The notes beneath the pieces were generated by a model. It was given only the letters and a program-made list of their open reading frames with translations, was not told the origin of the DNA and did not search any database. Of a stretch of 64,000 nt of DNA, positions 25,201-36,700 are shown piece by piece. The position numbers and the translations under genes were made by a program. The stretch comes from Ylistrum balloti (Eukaryota): positions 806,001 through 870,000 of the forward strand of contig NW_026782212.1 in NCBI RefSeq assembly GCF_031769215.1, read 5' to 3'. Position 1 is the stretch's first letter, and each line of letters starts with the position of its first letter.

Positions 25201-27944
25201 ATTCAAAGACATCAGCACAAGGCCCGTCATTTTGATAGCAAAGATTTTTCCAGAATCAATCTGTGATTCACGCTTGAAACTTATCAGCTACTTTTTCCTG
25301 AATAGGAAAGCTGCTATCAGATTATTTATAGCTTATTTGCTTACTGCACTGTGGAGCAAATAGTCGATAAATTAACGGTGGCGTAGCTGTAAAGTTTTCA
25401 ATAAAAGGTTTGATTTATTTTCACCACGACTACGGTATAGTGACACAGGTCCCCAGTACAGTGTTATGTAAATACTTATCATCGTTAGATTGTAAATAAT
25501 ACTACCTATACCTCTATGTACTGCTTCTAATAATAATGGAGAAAACATAGCTAAAATGTCCCCAATTATTTCTGTACACAGACCTTTGTGATGGAATGAC
25601 CTATGTCCTATTACCACCAATACCTTCAAGTGAACCTGGCATATCAAAACTGCGATGTAAAATACATACACAGGAGGAAATACACTTGGTCCGGTTTAGA
25701 ATGGAACAACGGGACCGTCTTTCGAAAGTTACATTTGATCTTTGATCTGCCTAACATCAACAGAGCATGAAATGCTGATGACTTTCGTTGAGAATTGGCA
25801 GTTTAACGTAGCCAAATTCAACTTGGTCCTATGCTTACCATAAATATCAGCAAAGTAGATAGCATTCGTCACCGTTTCCTTTCCAAGAAAGATTAACAAT
25901 GGAACAAACATATGTTTGCTATCTATAATGAAGCTTTTTTCATGGAATATACGTCAAAATCAAAGACGAAATGTACGGAAAACATAAAAATGATCAAGTA
26001 TCTGGTTGACAACATGTTCGTCGAATTTGATAGTGAGATTTTTCAACAGAATATTGCCATGCCTCTGTTGACTAAACTTTTTTGTTTTCATAGGAGGCTG
26101 AATTTATCGAAAAGTGTATCAGAGCAGGTAACAAACACTTTGCAAAGTCGTTTAATTTCACTCAAGTATATTAATGACATCTTGCTTTTTAAATATCAAA
26201 ACAATCATTTACAACATCAATAGTATACACCCACCAGAATTGGAAATCAAGGACACAACATACTCTTCTAAATCGGCCGCTTATCTCGACTCTTTTTTAT
26301 AACGAAATCAACATTGACAACTTTCCACCAAGTATGGTGGTTTTGATTTCCTTAATATTAGTTTCCCACTTATTGATAGCAACATCCCTGTATCACCAAC
26401 CTAAGGTGCTGACATGTCGCAGTTGATTGCATATTCAATTGCCTGTTCCCATTATCACGATTATCATTCAAGAAGTCGTCAACTGACGGACATACTCATT
26501 ACACGTGGTTTTAAAAGATGCAAGTTAATGAAACTTTTTACGGTCGTCATACTGGTGTCATTGAGAAATATTCCATTTCTTTATGCGAACCTGGACGTGT
26601 TTTATGCTCGTTAGTTTGCCTGTTAGTTCCGTTGTTGTATACCTTATTCGCCTTTGAGAACGTGATATTACTTTCTTGTATTGACCAAGATTTACCTGGC
26701 GATATTGCCGCTGAAGCAGAGCACGCTTACTCTTCCGGAACATCTGGCCTTATTCTGCTTGTACTTTTAAGAAGTCTCGGTGAAATACCTTCAAGCCTTT
26801 TAATTAATTCAGACATTTTGACATTGTCTATCAATAAGAAGGAAATATATTAAAAACCGAAGACAAACAAAATAGCTACCTTTGATGTAAATGTTTCTTT
26901 AAACACATCGTCACTGTAAACCCATTCAGTACATTGTATCTTTGTTGCATTGATTGGGTGACTGGAGTTGTCGAACGTAACTGACGTAACGTTGTAGACA
27001 AACAAGTGACACTGGTCGTATAAGTAGGTCTCATCCGACGACGGAGGTATAAACTTGTTGATGAGTGTAAGGTGGTCGTCATTCTGTATATGATAAGTGT
27101 CATTATCATAGCCTGGTATCTTGCATCTGTAACGAAAGGTCAAAAGAAGTATCACTATTGAGTAAATAGGATCCTCACATCAAGTTGTATTCTCGACCTC
27201 GAGATACTACAATCACGCAACACTTCCATACGCAAATTGATTTAAAGCTGATCTAATAACGACAGTTATTGAAGATTGACAATGTTAAGTATATGTTGAT
27301 CGAGTTTCAATCATTCATCAAACACACAATGAAAAGTTGAAGCATTTCTCTTAAGGTTAATGTATGTGTTTCTAAATATACGGCCCATAGAATATCAAAA
27401 CATTTAAAAATTGTACAGTTTCCCTTTCTCTGCAATTACAGCCCCTGTCACTATGATACATATATATTTAGCGTGTTTGGTAAATGTATACTCATCTTAG
27501 TTGTGAAAAGTCATATTTAGTTAGGTAGCATCATACATGTCCCAGCTAGATTAGTTTTGAATAGAAGGCGGGTTTTTTCCAAGAATAGATAAATAGATAG
27601 ATGAATAAGTAGGATATTTTAACTTGTTTACTTTTTGTTGTAGTAGTGTATTAGAAAACCAAATTAAAGTTTGTAAACATTTGCTTCTTTAAAACTCAAC
27701 GGCATATATATTTTATCGATCTTTTTATTTATTTAACTTATGATGTAATTGTGTTGCGTTACAACAGGCTGTGAAATCAGAAACTCTCTGATTAGGCTCA
27801 CCTGTGATCTGGTGTATAGAGGAGCATCGCAGAAATAACCCCAAAAAGCCCGACAAACACTGAGGCTACACAAATAAGCAAATATAAAATCCTCTGGTAT
27901 GTTCCAAATGCTCCAAGTTTAGCAAATATTTTCTCGGTCTCCAT
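13173..27944 (-). CDS. SLC22: SLC22 family organic cation/anion/zwitterion transporter (Orct-like), 10 coding exons, 574 aa: complement(join(13173..13293,13520..13671,18872..19053,19465..19691,20132..20356,21178..21346,21645..21799,22777..22880,26880..27126,27802..27944))
   Basis: All nine introns are GT-AG with compatible phases. Exon lengths 143+247+104+155+169+225+227+182+152+121=1725 nt with no internal stop. Family motifs: [68 protein letters not shown]. The 104/155/169-nt exon series matches the SLC22 gene structure as I know it. Confidence 0.95.
13520..13671 (-). CDS. SLC22: SLC22 exon 9 ([18 protein letters not shown]...[21 protein letters not shown])
   Basis: Acceptor tttcag, donor gtaagc, 152 nt. 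Confidence 0.93.
13926..14277 (+). mobile_element. Tc1-family transposase relic (DDE domain) in SLC22 intron 8
   Basis: [41 protein letters not shown] (14128-14148), YSPDMSPIE (14212-14235), ELDRRIR. Stops and frameshifts are present. Confidence 0.9.
14675..14991. repeat. 32-bp minisatellite, about 10 copies (gtagtgattgtaacccctggagtatcgaggat)
   Basis: Period read directly from the sequence (14703, 14735, ...). Confidence 0.97.
15843..16643. repeat. 32-bp minisatellite, about 25 copies, same unit; a taggagtattgagg variant dominates the 3' half
   Basis: Direct reading. Confidence 0.97.
18872..19053 (-). CDS. SLC22: SLC22 exon 8 ([15 protein letters not shown]...[34 protein letters not shown])
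   Basis: Acceptor ttacag, donor gtaagc, 182 nt. Confidence 0.93.
19273..19315 (+). mobile_element. tRNA-derived SINE head fragment (B box) in SLC22 intron 7
   Basis: gcctttca...cagggttcgattccccgaacgggg contains a canonical GGTTCGATTCC B box. No A box or full cloverleaf. Confidence 0.55.
19465..19691 (-). CDS. SLC22: SLC22 exon 7 ([36 protein letters not shown]...DRVGRK...)
   Basis: Acceptor ctttag, donor gtaagt, 227 nt. Confidence 0.93.
20132..20356 (-). CDS. SLC22: SLC22 exon 6 (LLPESPRWL...RTLVIFVN/W)
   Basis: PESPRWL motif, acceptor tcgaag, donor gtaggt, 225 nt. Confidence 0.92.
20510..21015. repeat. Old degenerate tandem repeat of about 60 bp in SLC22 intron 5
   Basis: Recurrent ccacatgtgg(t)acccgtctaat...catagagtatcc...cattgtgttc. 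Confidence 0.75.
21178..21346 (-). CDS. SLC22: SLC22 exon 5 ([13 protein letters not shown]...[22 protein letters not shown])
   Basis: 169 nt, acceptor ttacag, donor gtgaga. Confidence 0.93.
21645..21799 (-). CDS. SLC22: SLC22 exon 4 ([10 protein letters not shown]...[11 protein letters not shown])
   Basis: 155 nt, acceptor caccag, donor gtacgt. Confidence 0.93.
22777..22880 (-). CDS. SLC22: SLC22 exon 3 ([35 protein letters not shown])
   Basis: 104 nt, acceptor ttgtag, donor gtaagt. Confidence 0.93.
24249..24420 (+). mobile_element. Helentron-associated (HINE/DINE-1-like) non-autonomous element 5' part, in SLC22 intron 2
   Basis: T-run start, subterminal inverted repeat AGGTCATCT (24252-24260) / AGATGACCT (24275-24283), then a ccgtcgtccg...cgtaaactttt microsatellite-like tract. 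This matches the HINE layout I know from bivalves. Confidence 0.5.
25912..26790 (+). mobile_element. Penelope-like retroelement relic in SLC22 intron 2 (antisense to the host gene)
   Basis: [88 protein letters not shown], with frameshifts and deletions. Tail motif gaagcagagcacgcttactcttccggaacatctggcc at 26713-26749. Confidence 0.85.
26880..27126 (-). CDS. SLC22: SLC22 exon 2, large extracellular loop ([11 protein letters not shown]...DQCHLF...[18 protein letters not shown])
   Basis: Acceptor ttacag, donor gtagct. Conserved loop cysteines and several N-x-S/T sequons (NDT, NVT, NSS, NAT). Confidence 0.93.
27802..27944 (-). CDS. SLC22: SLC22 exon 1 ([48 protein letters not shown])
   Basis: ATG at 27944, donor GTGAGC after CACAG, phase 2. 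Not in the supplied ORF track because it is under 60 aa. Confidence 0.9.
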
Positions 27945-28254
27945 TGCATTGGTTTTGTGAGGAATATTTTTGCTAGGTTGAATATATGCGCACAGATCTA
28001 CTATTTCTCTGATAACGTTTACTTGATATCACACTTAGTGATGTACTTTAGCTTAAAGAGCCAGACCCACTCCTCAACCGATATCATTTTATATAAACAA
28101 AAATTCATGATTTACTACTTTTCTCGGGTAGCAAAAGTCCTGACTAACCCTGTAATACCGCAATTTTAAAGTAAATCGCTACCAATCTAACGTAACAAAT
28201 ACTTGTTTAAAAAAGTATTTGAAACGACTCAGTGCTAATTCATAATTATGCGGG

Positions 28255-28444
28255 AAGTCCTGCCCTCTGACGCATGCGCAAAGAACTGTAAATAAACATG
28301 CCACCTTTCAACATGGCGGAAAGCGTGCGAGGGAAGCGGGGAAGAAAACGTATTTTGACGGACTCTTGGGCAAAAAGAAGGAAGATGGCTGGGACATACT
28401 CTGTATCGCTCTCTGTTTGGCTCTCTCGTGTAGTATCACTCTAA
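28255..28444 (+). promoter_or_regulatory. Small CpG-rich promoter-like island about 310-500 bp upstream of the SLC22 ATG
   Basis: CGCATGCGCA (NRF1-like, 28271-28280) and CAACATGGCGG (YY1-like, 28309-28319), overlapping a 43-codon basic ORF MAESVRGKRGRKRILTDSWAKRRK. Confidence 0.35.
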
Positions 28445-29631
28445 AATCATATTCATAAATACTCTTATCATCGAATATTCGCTTTAGATAGATCCATTTC
28501 GCGATGTTCTCTATGCTCGTTGCCGTATCGTAGCTCCCGTTTGAGGGCCTCTTTACAATTAATCGTAGTTTTTATCGTAATCTGCACGTTTATGTGTCAT
28601 ATCTAAGATCTAAGATGTGATCAATATATACGTTAGATGATTTCCATATAGGATATATAGAGTACTAATTGCATTTATCGGTAAAATCTCTTTACAAATG
28701 ATGTCACATGGACGAACTTCTCACCTCTTCCTCCATTTTTGTTTTGGTTCTGACCGCGTCTGATTGTATCATGTGACTTTTCCTCATCAATATTGATTAA
28801 CGACACTAATTCCGGCACCGATATCTCCAGTACCCTTTCAATTTCAAGTTCGAAACTTTATACAAGTTTTTATTGATATATTATCTATTAGTATAAAACA
28901 ATATTTCTGTCAAAAATTAATGAAAAAATATCTATAACGGAGTGGGTCTGGCTCTTTAACTGTTCAAATATAATGGATATGTGACATACTGCCTATAGAA
29001 GCATCTATTATAGATATGAATGCATATATTGTATACAAATTCATGTGCAAATGATATCATTCCGTGGAACTCTGAATATAAATCTAATAAACATCTCCCT
29101 TTCATATGTGAACTAAACGAACAATAAGGTACTATTTCGTACTGATAAAAATTAAACTCGCACATCATCAAGTATTGATATCTATGGGAAAAAGCCCTGT
29201 TAAGCAGAAAGTCCGTACTCATATCATATACCGAGTACATATTGTTATTGAAATTTCATGTACAATGGTTAGGAATATTGCCGAGAAAATAATACTTAAT
29301 CTTACCTGTGTTCTGGTGTACCAAGAAGGATTGCTGAAATTACGGCGAATAAACCCACAAACGCTGATGAAATACAGATAAGAGAGTACAGCCACTTTTG
29401 GTAACGACCAAAATCTCCTAGTTTTTCTAAAATAGCATCAAAATCCATCACGGTAAACTGATACTTTGGTATAGTTGAAGGAATACAGTGACTTATGACC
29501 AGACAGGGTGAGGGTTAATTACTGATAACAGTATCAGGAATAAATGGTTCACTAGCTATTCTGGAATTTATAAACAAAACAATATACTGGTGAATTAACG
29601 GGCGGAGTATTGTACATTACATCGTTGTTAA

Positions 29632-31192
29632 ATGTGATATATGTACTCGGTATATATGATCTACATCATGTACTCATTATATGTGATCTACATCATGTAC
29701 TCGTTATATGTGAACATCATGTACTCATTATATGTGATCTACATCATGTACTCGGTATATGTGATCTACATCATGTACTCGGTATATGTGATCTACATCA
29801 TGTACTCATTATATGTGATCTACATCATGTACTCGGTATATGTGATCTACATCATGTACTCGGTATATGTGAACATCATGTACACGTTATATATGATCTA
29901 CACCATGTACTCGCTATATGTGATCTACATCATGTACTCGGTATATGTGATCTACATCATGTACTCGGTATATGTGATCTACATAATGTACTCGGTATAT
30001 GTGATCTACATCATGTACTCGGTATATGTGATCTACATAATGTATTCGTGATATGTGATCTACATAATGTACTCGTTATATATGATCTACATCATGTACT
30101 CGGTATATGTGATCTACATCATGTACTCGGTATATGTGATCTACATAATGTACTCGGTATATGTGATCTACATCATGTACTCGGTATATGTGATCTACAT
30201 AATGTACTCGTTATATGTGATCTACATAATGTACTCGTTATATATGATCTACATCATGTACTCGGTATATGTGATCTACATTATGTACTCGGTATATGTG
30301 AACATCATGTACTCGTTATATGTGATCTACATCATGTACTCATTATATGTGATCTACATCATGTACTCGGTATATGTGATCTACATCATGTACTCGTTAT
30401 ATGTGATCTACATCATGTACTCGGTATATGTGATCTACATTATGTACTCGGTATATGTGATCTATATCATGTACTCGGTTTATGTGATCTACATCATGTA
30501 CTCGGTATATGTGATCTACATCATGTACTCATTATATGTGATCTACATCATGTACTCTGTATATGTGATCTACATCATGTACTCGGTATATGTGATCTAC
30601 ATTATGTACTCGTTATATGTGAACATCATGTACTCGTTATATGTGATCTACATCATGTACTCGGTATATGTGATCTACATCATGTACCCGGCATATGTGA
30701 ACATCATGTACTCTGTATATGTGAACATCATGTACTCGGTATATGTGATCTACATCATGTACTCGGTATATGTGATCTACATCATGTACTCGATATATGT
30801 GAACATCATGTACTCGGTTTATGTGATCTACATCATGTACTCGGTATATGTGATCTACATCATGTACTCGGTATATGTGAACATCATGTACTCGGTATAT
30901 GTGATCTACATCATGTACTCGATACATGTGATCTACATAATGTACTCGTTATATGTAATCTACATAATGTACTCGTTATATGTGATCTACATCATGTACT
31001 CGTGATATGTGATCTACATAATGTACTCTTTATATGTGATCTACATAATGTACTCGGTATATGTAATCTACATAATGTACTCGTTATATGTGATCTACAT
31101 CATGTACTCATTATATGTGATCTACATCATGTACTCGGTATATGTGATCTTCATAATGTACTCGGTATATGTGATCTACATAATGTACTCAT
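29632..31192. repeat. 27-bp minisatellite (atgtgatctacatcatgtactcggtat) with an interspersed 24-bp variant, about 58 units
   Basis: Direct reading. The 9-residue period of the ORF track (CDLHHVLGI / CEHHVLGI) reflects the 27/24-bp units. Confidence 0.98.
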
Positions 31193-32574
31193 TAACTCAA
31201 TAGTTATTCTTATATCACAGCCAGTAAGAACAGGTAATTAATTCTAACGAAGTAATCTAGATAACATTGTTCTATATCACAGATGATCATCGTAACAAGA
31301 GAAAATCCCACCTATGCTTACCTTAAACAATACTGAAAAGTGTCTTTGATTTACTTTCTTCCTTTTAAAGATAATCCTATTGAAGACGTCGACAGCTAAT
31401 CGTAGTAGAGACGATACCTACGATATAGCAAATGGAAGAGTCTTGGTGTCAAAAAACTGTAACCAATTATTTTATTTATTCTTTCATTTAAGAATGTGAC
31501 TGTACTTCCCGTATTACCGGCAATAGCAAGCAGATAGTTAATGATATGCAAACATATTTGTTTGACAACTCTTTAGTTTTTGCCCGCTTGTTCTGGTGTG
31601 AGTATCAGAGAAGCAAAACACATGCGGAAAAAAACCTTTAAATACGAATATTACATTATAGTGAACATTTAATAGAATATGATACTTATTTAATTGTATC
31701 AAATTTATAAATAACTTCAAGTGCATACATCCTCGTGAACCAGAAATGCTCAGATATGTCACATTCCTCTTGCATATAAAAGCAATGAACTGTACATGTT
31801 TTAAAAAGATGCCAAACTAAAGAAAAATCACAAAAATGTCATTTCGTCGAACAGTTACAAAATGTTTCAGCTCCGTAAATTATGCAAAATTCAAAACTTT
31901 AATTACTGCTTACTTCATAATGGAGAACATTTTGTTCATCTTTTCAAACATCAAATGAGTATAAGAAGAATTTATATTCGATATATTCTGCAACCACATA
32001 ACTGTGCTACTGGATATTTGATGTGTATATTCTGAACAGCACTCAATTGAATGCAAGCATGGCATGTATGGTTTACCAAACATCTGGGTCTGAAGTCCAT
32101 CAACAGGGTCTACCACCTTCAATCTCAAACAATTGTACAAAAGACCGACAAGATTTAACGTTATGGCGATCCGATTGTCTATCATTTTAACATTTGTTTA
32201 TTGAGTTCATCATCAACAGTAAAATCCTAGTTATGAGCGTCAAAAACCCGGGAACGATGATACGCTGTTTGGATATGTATGTTCAGACTCTCTCTGACGT
32301 AATTTTATGTCCTTGAATTTTTTTGTTATCTTTTGTGTGCTCATTCTTTTTTTTTTTTTTTTTTTTTCTTATTTTGCGATAATCATGGATGACCGACAAA
32401 CATGATACTGTGTCATAATTGAGCTGATATATTGCATTGGCTATTGCCAAGGTAGGTATTATAAAAAAATATGTTTTAATGCTAATTGTTTTTTCACACT
32501 TATCGGTGAAACAATTTGATTTATACGTCCATATCTTGATTCCTAGGCCTATATGATTCTTGAAAGATTCATTT

Positions 32575-33087
32575 AGGTGCTTTTGATCAACTGTCAGAAG
32601 TCTTGGTACTCAACGGGCTGAGAACTTTCCTCTTGCAAGATCATCTGTGTGAATAGAATGTACTCTTTCCTGTGAAACCCCAACTATGCTGGCTACATAT
32701 CTCTCTGTAAATCACCTGTCAGTCATAACAATATCATGGACTTCATTTACCATTTTTGGGGTTGCAACAGTGACAAGCTTTCCAGGATTTATGTCATTAC
32801 TAAGGCTCTGCCCAACCTTCACTATAGCCTATGAAGGGACATAATTCCCTTGTGTTGTTACCATATCCTTTGGTGTTCACCTTTCTTGCGCAAATATTGC
32901 ATCAGTGCTCATTTAGCGAGTTTGTCCATTTTGCAAAAGTCACTTGCCTTGTTTACTTTAGAGTGCTACCTGACCAAAACACCAGTCTTCGTGTACACAG
33001 CCTTAAATAGACAGGGGATTCTAGAGCTGAAAAAGACATGCCTGCTGAAATGCTTAAGAAGGCACACAAATGATCAATCAGTCCTCG
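32575..33087 (-). mobile_element. mariner-family element relic (5' end and N-terminal transposase)
   Basis: Begins TA-CGAGGACTGATT (TA at 33088-33089). Degraded MDKLAK*ALMQYLRKKG...VATPKMVNEVHDIVMTDR*FTERYVASIVGVSQERVHSI...KFSAR*VPRLLTVDQK, where *VPRLL is the WVPRLL motif with W changed to a stop. Confidence 0.9.
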
Positions 33088-33723
33088 TATTCATGTTATT
33101 CAAGTTTATAACAACAAAAGATCTTTGTCTTCCATCTTGTTTGACCTACTTTTATCCTAATACGGAATTCAGTCTCAGCTTACCACAATGAACGATCATA
33201 CTTATTCATTAATTGTAGAAATCACAGAAGACAAAGTATTAATTGCATTTAGATATGTTTACTAATTCTGCATTCATAATATTGTAACTAAATCATGGTT
33301 TTGCTTCTGTATACAACTGTAAACAGAATATAGAAGGAAATCAAATGTCTGTACTATCAGTTTAGCCATTTGTCAGTCATCAGTTATCAGTCATTTAACC
33401 AGATGCCAAAGATATGTTCGAAATAAATATTGTGAAATCAAATTTAAGGATGACCGTATTTGGAATTTCCTGTTTTTAATTTTTATATCTGTATTTCGTT
33501 TGATATTGGCCTTTTTAAGTATATTAACTCTTGAACAAATCTTGGTTCTTTTATTATATAAACCAAATGTAGTGTGAATTATGATGATTGTTAACATAAA
33601 TCTTTATTGAGGTTTTTCTGCCATTATACAGGTGTACTTCTCTCACAAAGGTAATGATCAATCTATGAGTAATTACTACACAGTTTGTAATACATTGATG
33701 TTATTACAGAACTCAGCAAATTC

Positions 33724-36700
33724 ATGCAGTTCGACGACATCTTCCCAATACATATATTGAGTACGTGTGTTTCTTGAGAGGCTGCAATAGAGGCTTCATA
33801 ACCCTACCTTGCCATCCCGTCTCATTATCCTGACAACCGACATATCTGTAACGCTACCACGTTGCTGTAAAGCAGGGAGAAGGCATTACCATTTTCAGGC
33901 ATATCTCTTCCGGAGGACGGAGTCGTAGGCCTTCACAGGTGCGAACGAGCCAGTAAAGGCCAAAAATTATTCAGTGTCAAAACAGATATTAGGAAGAAAA
34001 TACGCGTTTAGAAAGAAAAGACAGATCCGATTCCAAATTAAGTCGCCTCTTACAAATGGTAACAACAAGTACAACATCTTATGTCCTACCGTCAGAAATA
34101 CACATGGTATTTGTTTTACTTTTACAATAGCATGCACTAGTATGTCAAAGATGTTCATGTGTTAGGATACATTAGCAATTCAAGTTAATAACAGTAATAC
34201 CATTTTTACATAAGAATTGCATGCGTGTTGGATGTCTGGTATAATCGTGTTGGTAGGTTGGGTATAAGCGTGTTGGCAGTCTAGTATATGCATATTGATA
34301 TACAAAACTGTGCTCTATGCAAAATACGCTGTTGTACGGTCACATTAACATAAAACACATACGTAGGTTAATATAGTCCATTAAAATATCATTTTGGGAA
34401 TATTTTATCATATCTTAACATCCATATGGACGTAAATGTGACGTAAATATGGCGTACATGTGACGTTGATGTGACGTTTGTAATCCCTCATACAGTAGGT
34501 GTCAATACATGCTACTTCTATATTAAAATATGTAACATGTAGTATTGTTAATTACTATTGGGAATTCGATTCGTTTGCGAATTAATAGATTTGCTAGGTC
34601 AAGTATATTTCAATCTATTGTTGACTTTTCTTATAATTTCCATACCATAAAGAAATTGGGATATTATGAGAATGTCTCCAATCAATAGAGGAGTGCGTAT
34701 AATTTATATTATATACTATATATTTCATACAATTCCTGATATGTAGCTTTGGAGCTTGTTGGACCATCCAAACGTTGCTGGGCTGGGGTGCTGATTAATG
34801 TCGGCTATTTAGCCGGTTATGGAATCAGGAATTGCTTATGGTTTTCGTGACTGGAAATATATTCAGCATGCTCTGTGCCATTAGCGCTTTGTATTGTTTA
34901 CTGGTGGTAAGTATTCTGATTTTCACAATTATTATTATCATTGAAATATATGTCATGTCTTTTAAATATGAGTTTCATTCCTTGTATTTCACATCAAATG
35001 GGATATGTTACCTAAAACACAAAATAACATTGAAAAAATACCTTAATTCTATTATATACAAATCCAAACGAGCAAATCATTCTCAAAGCACACTGTTCAT
35101 TTCTATTAATTTCAACAAATTTTATTGATAAAAGATGTCAATGTGAATTAGATAACAGGCAAAGCCTATATAATTTTTCTTCACATAGTGGCCAGGGTGG
35201 AATAAATTGATTTACAGATAGATTTTACAAGATTGAAATGAAAATAACACAGCATAATGAATACAGAAATATAGAAATTAAAGGGAGATAACTCTCACAA
35301 AACATACACACTATACCATGTATATATACATTAATACAAATACAACATTTTTTATGATATCCTTTATACATTCAATTATATAGTCATCAACATGTATGGC
35401 ACACTGTTACCATTAGATTTGAACTAGAAAAATCAAACATCTATCAGGGTATATCATATATTTCCTGTAGGATGTTATAATGTACCACGCCTTATGTTTA
35501 TCCTTGTTAAAACTTGTGTAGGATTATATCACTGGCATCGTTGGAGAGACATACCATCAGTTAGGTGGTGAAAGGGCTTCATACTGAGCTTTGATAAAGT
35601 TTCAAGTTCTGGAGAGTCAATCTATTAAATAGGTTGCAGAGCGAGTGACTGCTATCTATGATTAGCCTCCCTTTGCTACTATCAAACGCTTGGTGAAAGC
35701 ATTTTGTATTGTTCAACGTCTTATCAACAACAATGACCATGTATGGAGGCCTCCTTGTGTATACGAGGTAAGTGTGAGTTGGGTGCATTTACTTTTGGAA
35801 GGTAGTGATATGGTCGTTAAAGTTTCCATGTGGAAGTACGGAACTGGGGTGTTAATAGTTTAAAGTGGTACCACATTAGATTGTTGTCGAATGCTCCCAG
35901 CAGGACAATTTTATACTGACAGCGTGCTTATCAGTAGTTACTTTAATACTGAACGTAAAGCAATGAGCGGCTACTACCACTTACTAAAGATTTCCTCACA
36001 TGTTCGACATAAGACCAAAAGTAAGGCAGTGTCAAAGGACACACTAAGGAAGAAGAAAGATATTTACGAAAAGTTCTTCAAAATTCAATCATCGCTGGTA
36101 AATGTTTTCATTTGTTTTTCATGAGTTTCAATTATTATTTTTTAATGTTTTATTTCGAAATCTGTATTGAATTCAAACATTTCATGGCCTAAATGAATTA
36201 TATGTTTTGCCACTGTGTCGTTAATTCGTTCGATAACGATGTCGATAAGTAAACAAAACTACTTTCCGTTGTACCACAACTGTATGCTACGTAAAATATA
36301 TTATGATAACATGTCGTATACAAACTTTTTGAATATGAGAGGTTTTATCTTTAAAATAAAATTGCATTTTGAAATTATTTTCATGTAAGTGCACCTTCCA
36401 TGCTTGGTTGTGGCCTTTCTTTTTATCACTTGGATATTTCCTTTCAGGCTTAAGGCCCTTAGCAGCACTAACGAATCCAGGCAGGACGAAATAATCGTAT
36501 ACTGCAGTTTGATCTGCAGTTTGATAATTTTTTACTCTACTTTATCTAACTCTAAAATTGCATTTAAAAGTGCTGTTCACTTGTGTCTTTTGTATAATCT
36601 TCTCGACATTAAAAGAAGGAAAAAAGTATACAATTTAATCTCTTCATAGGAGCGTTCCTGAATCTCCACGTTGGCTCATTAGTCAGGGTGGACATGAAGA

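Noticed and set aside
29610-31241. 543-aa Cys/His-rich ORF and the overlapping 316-aa and 136-aa ORFs called as genes
   Set aside because: They lie entirely within a 27/24-bp minisatellite whose unit lacks stops in those frames. There is no unique domain or splice context. Kept only as a low-interest finding.
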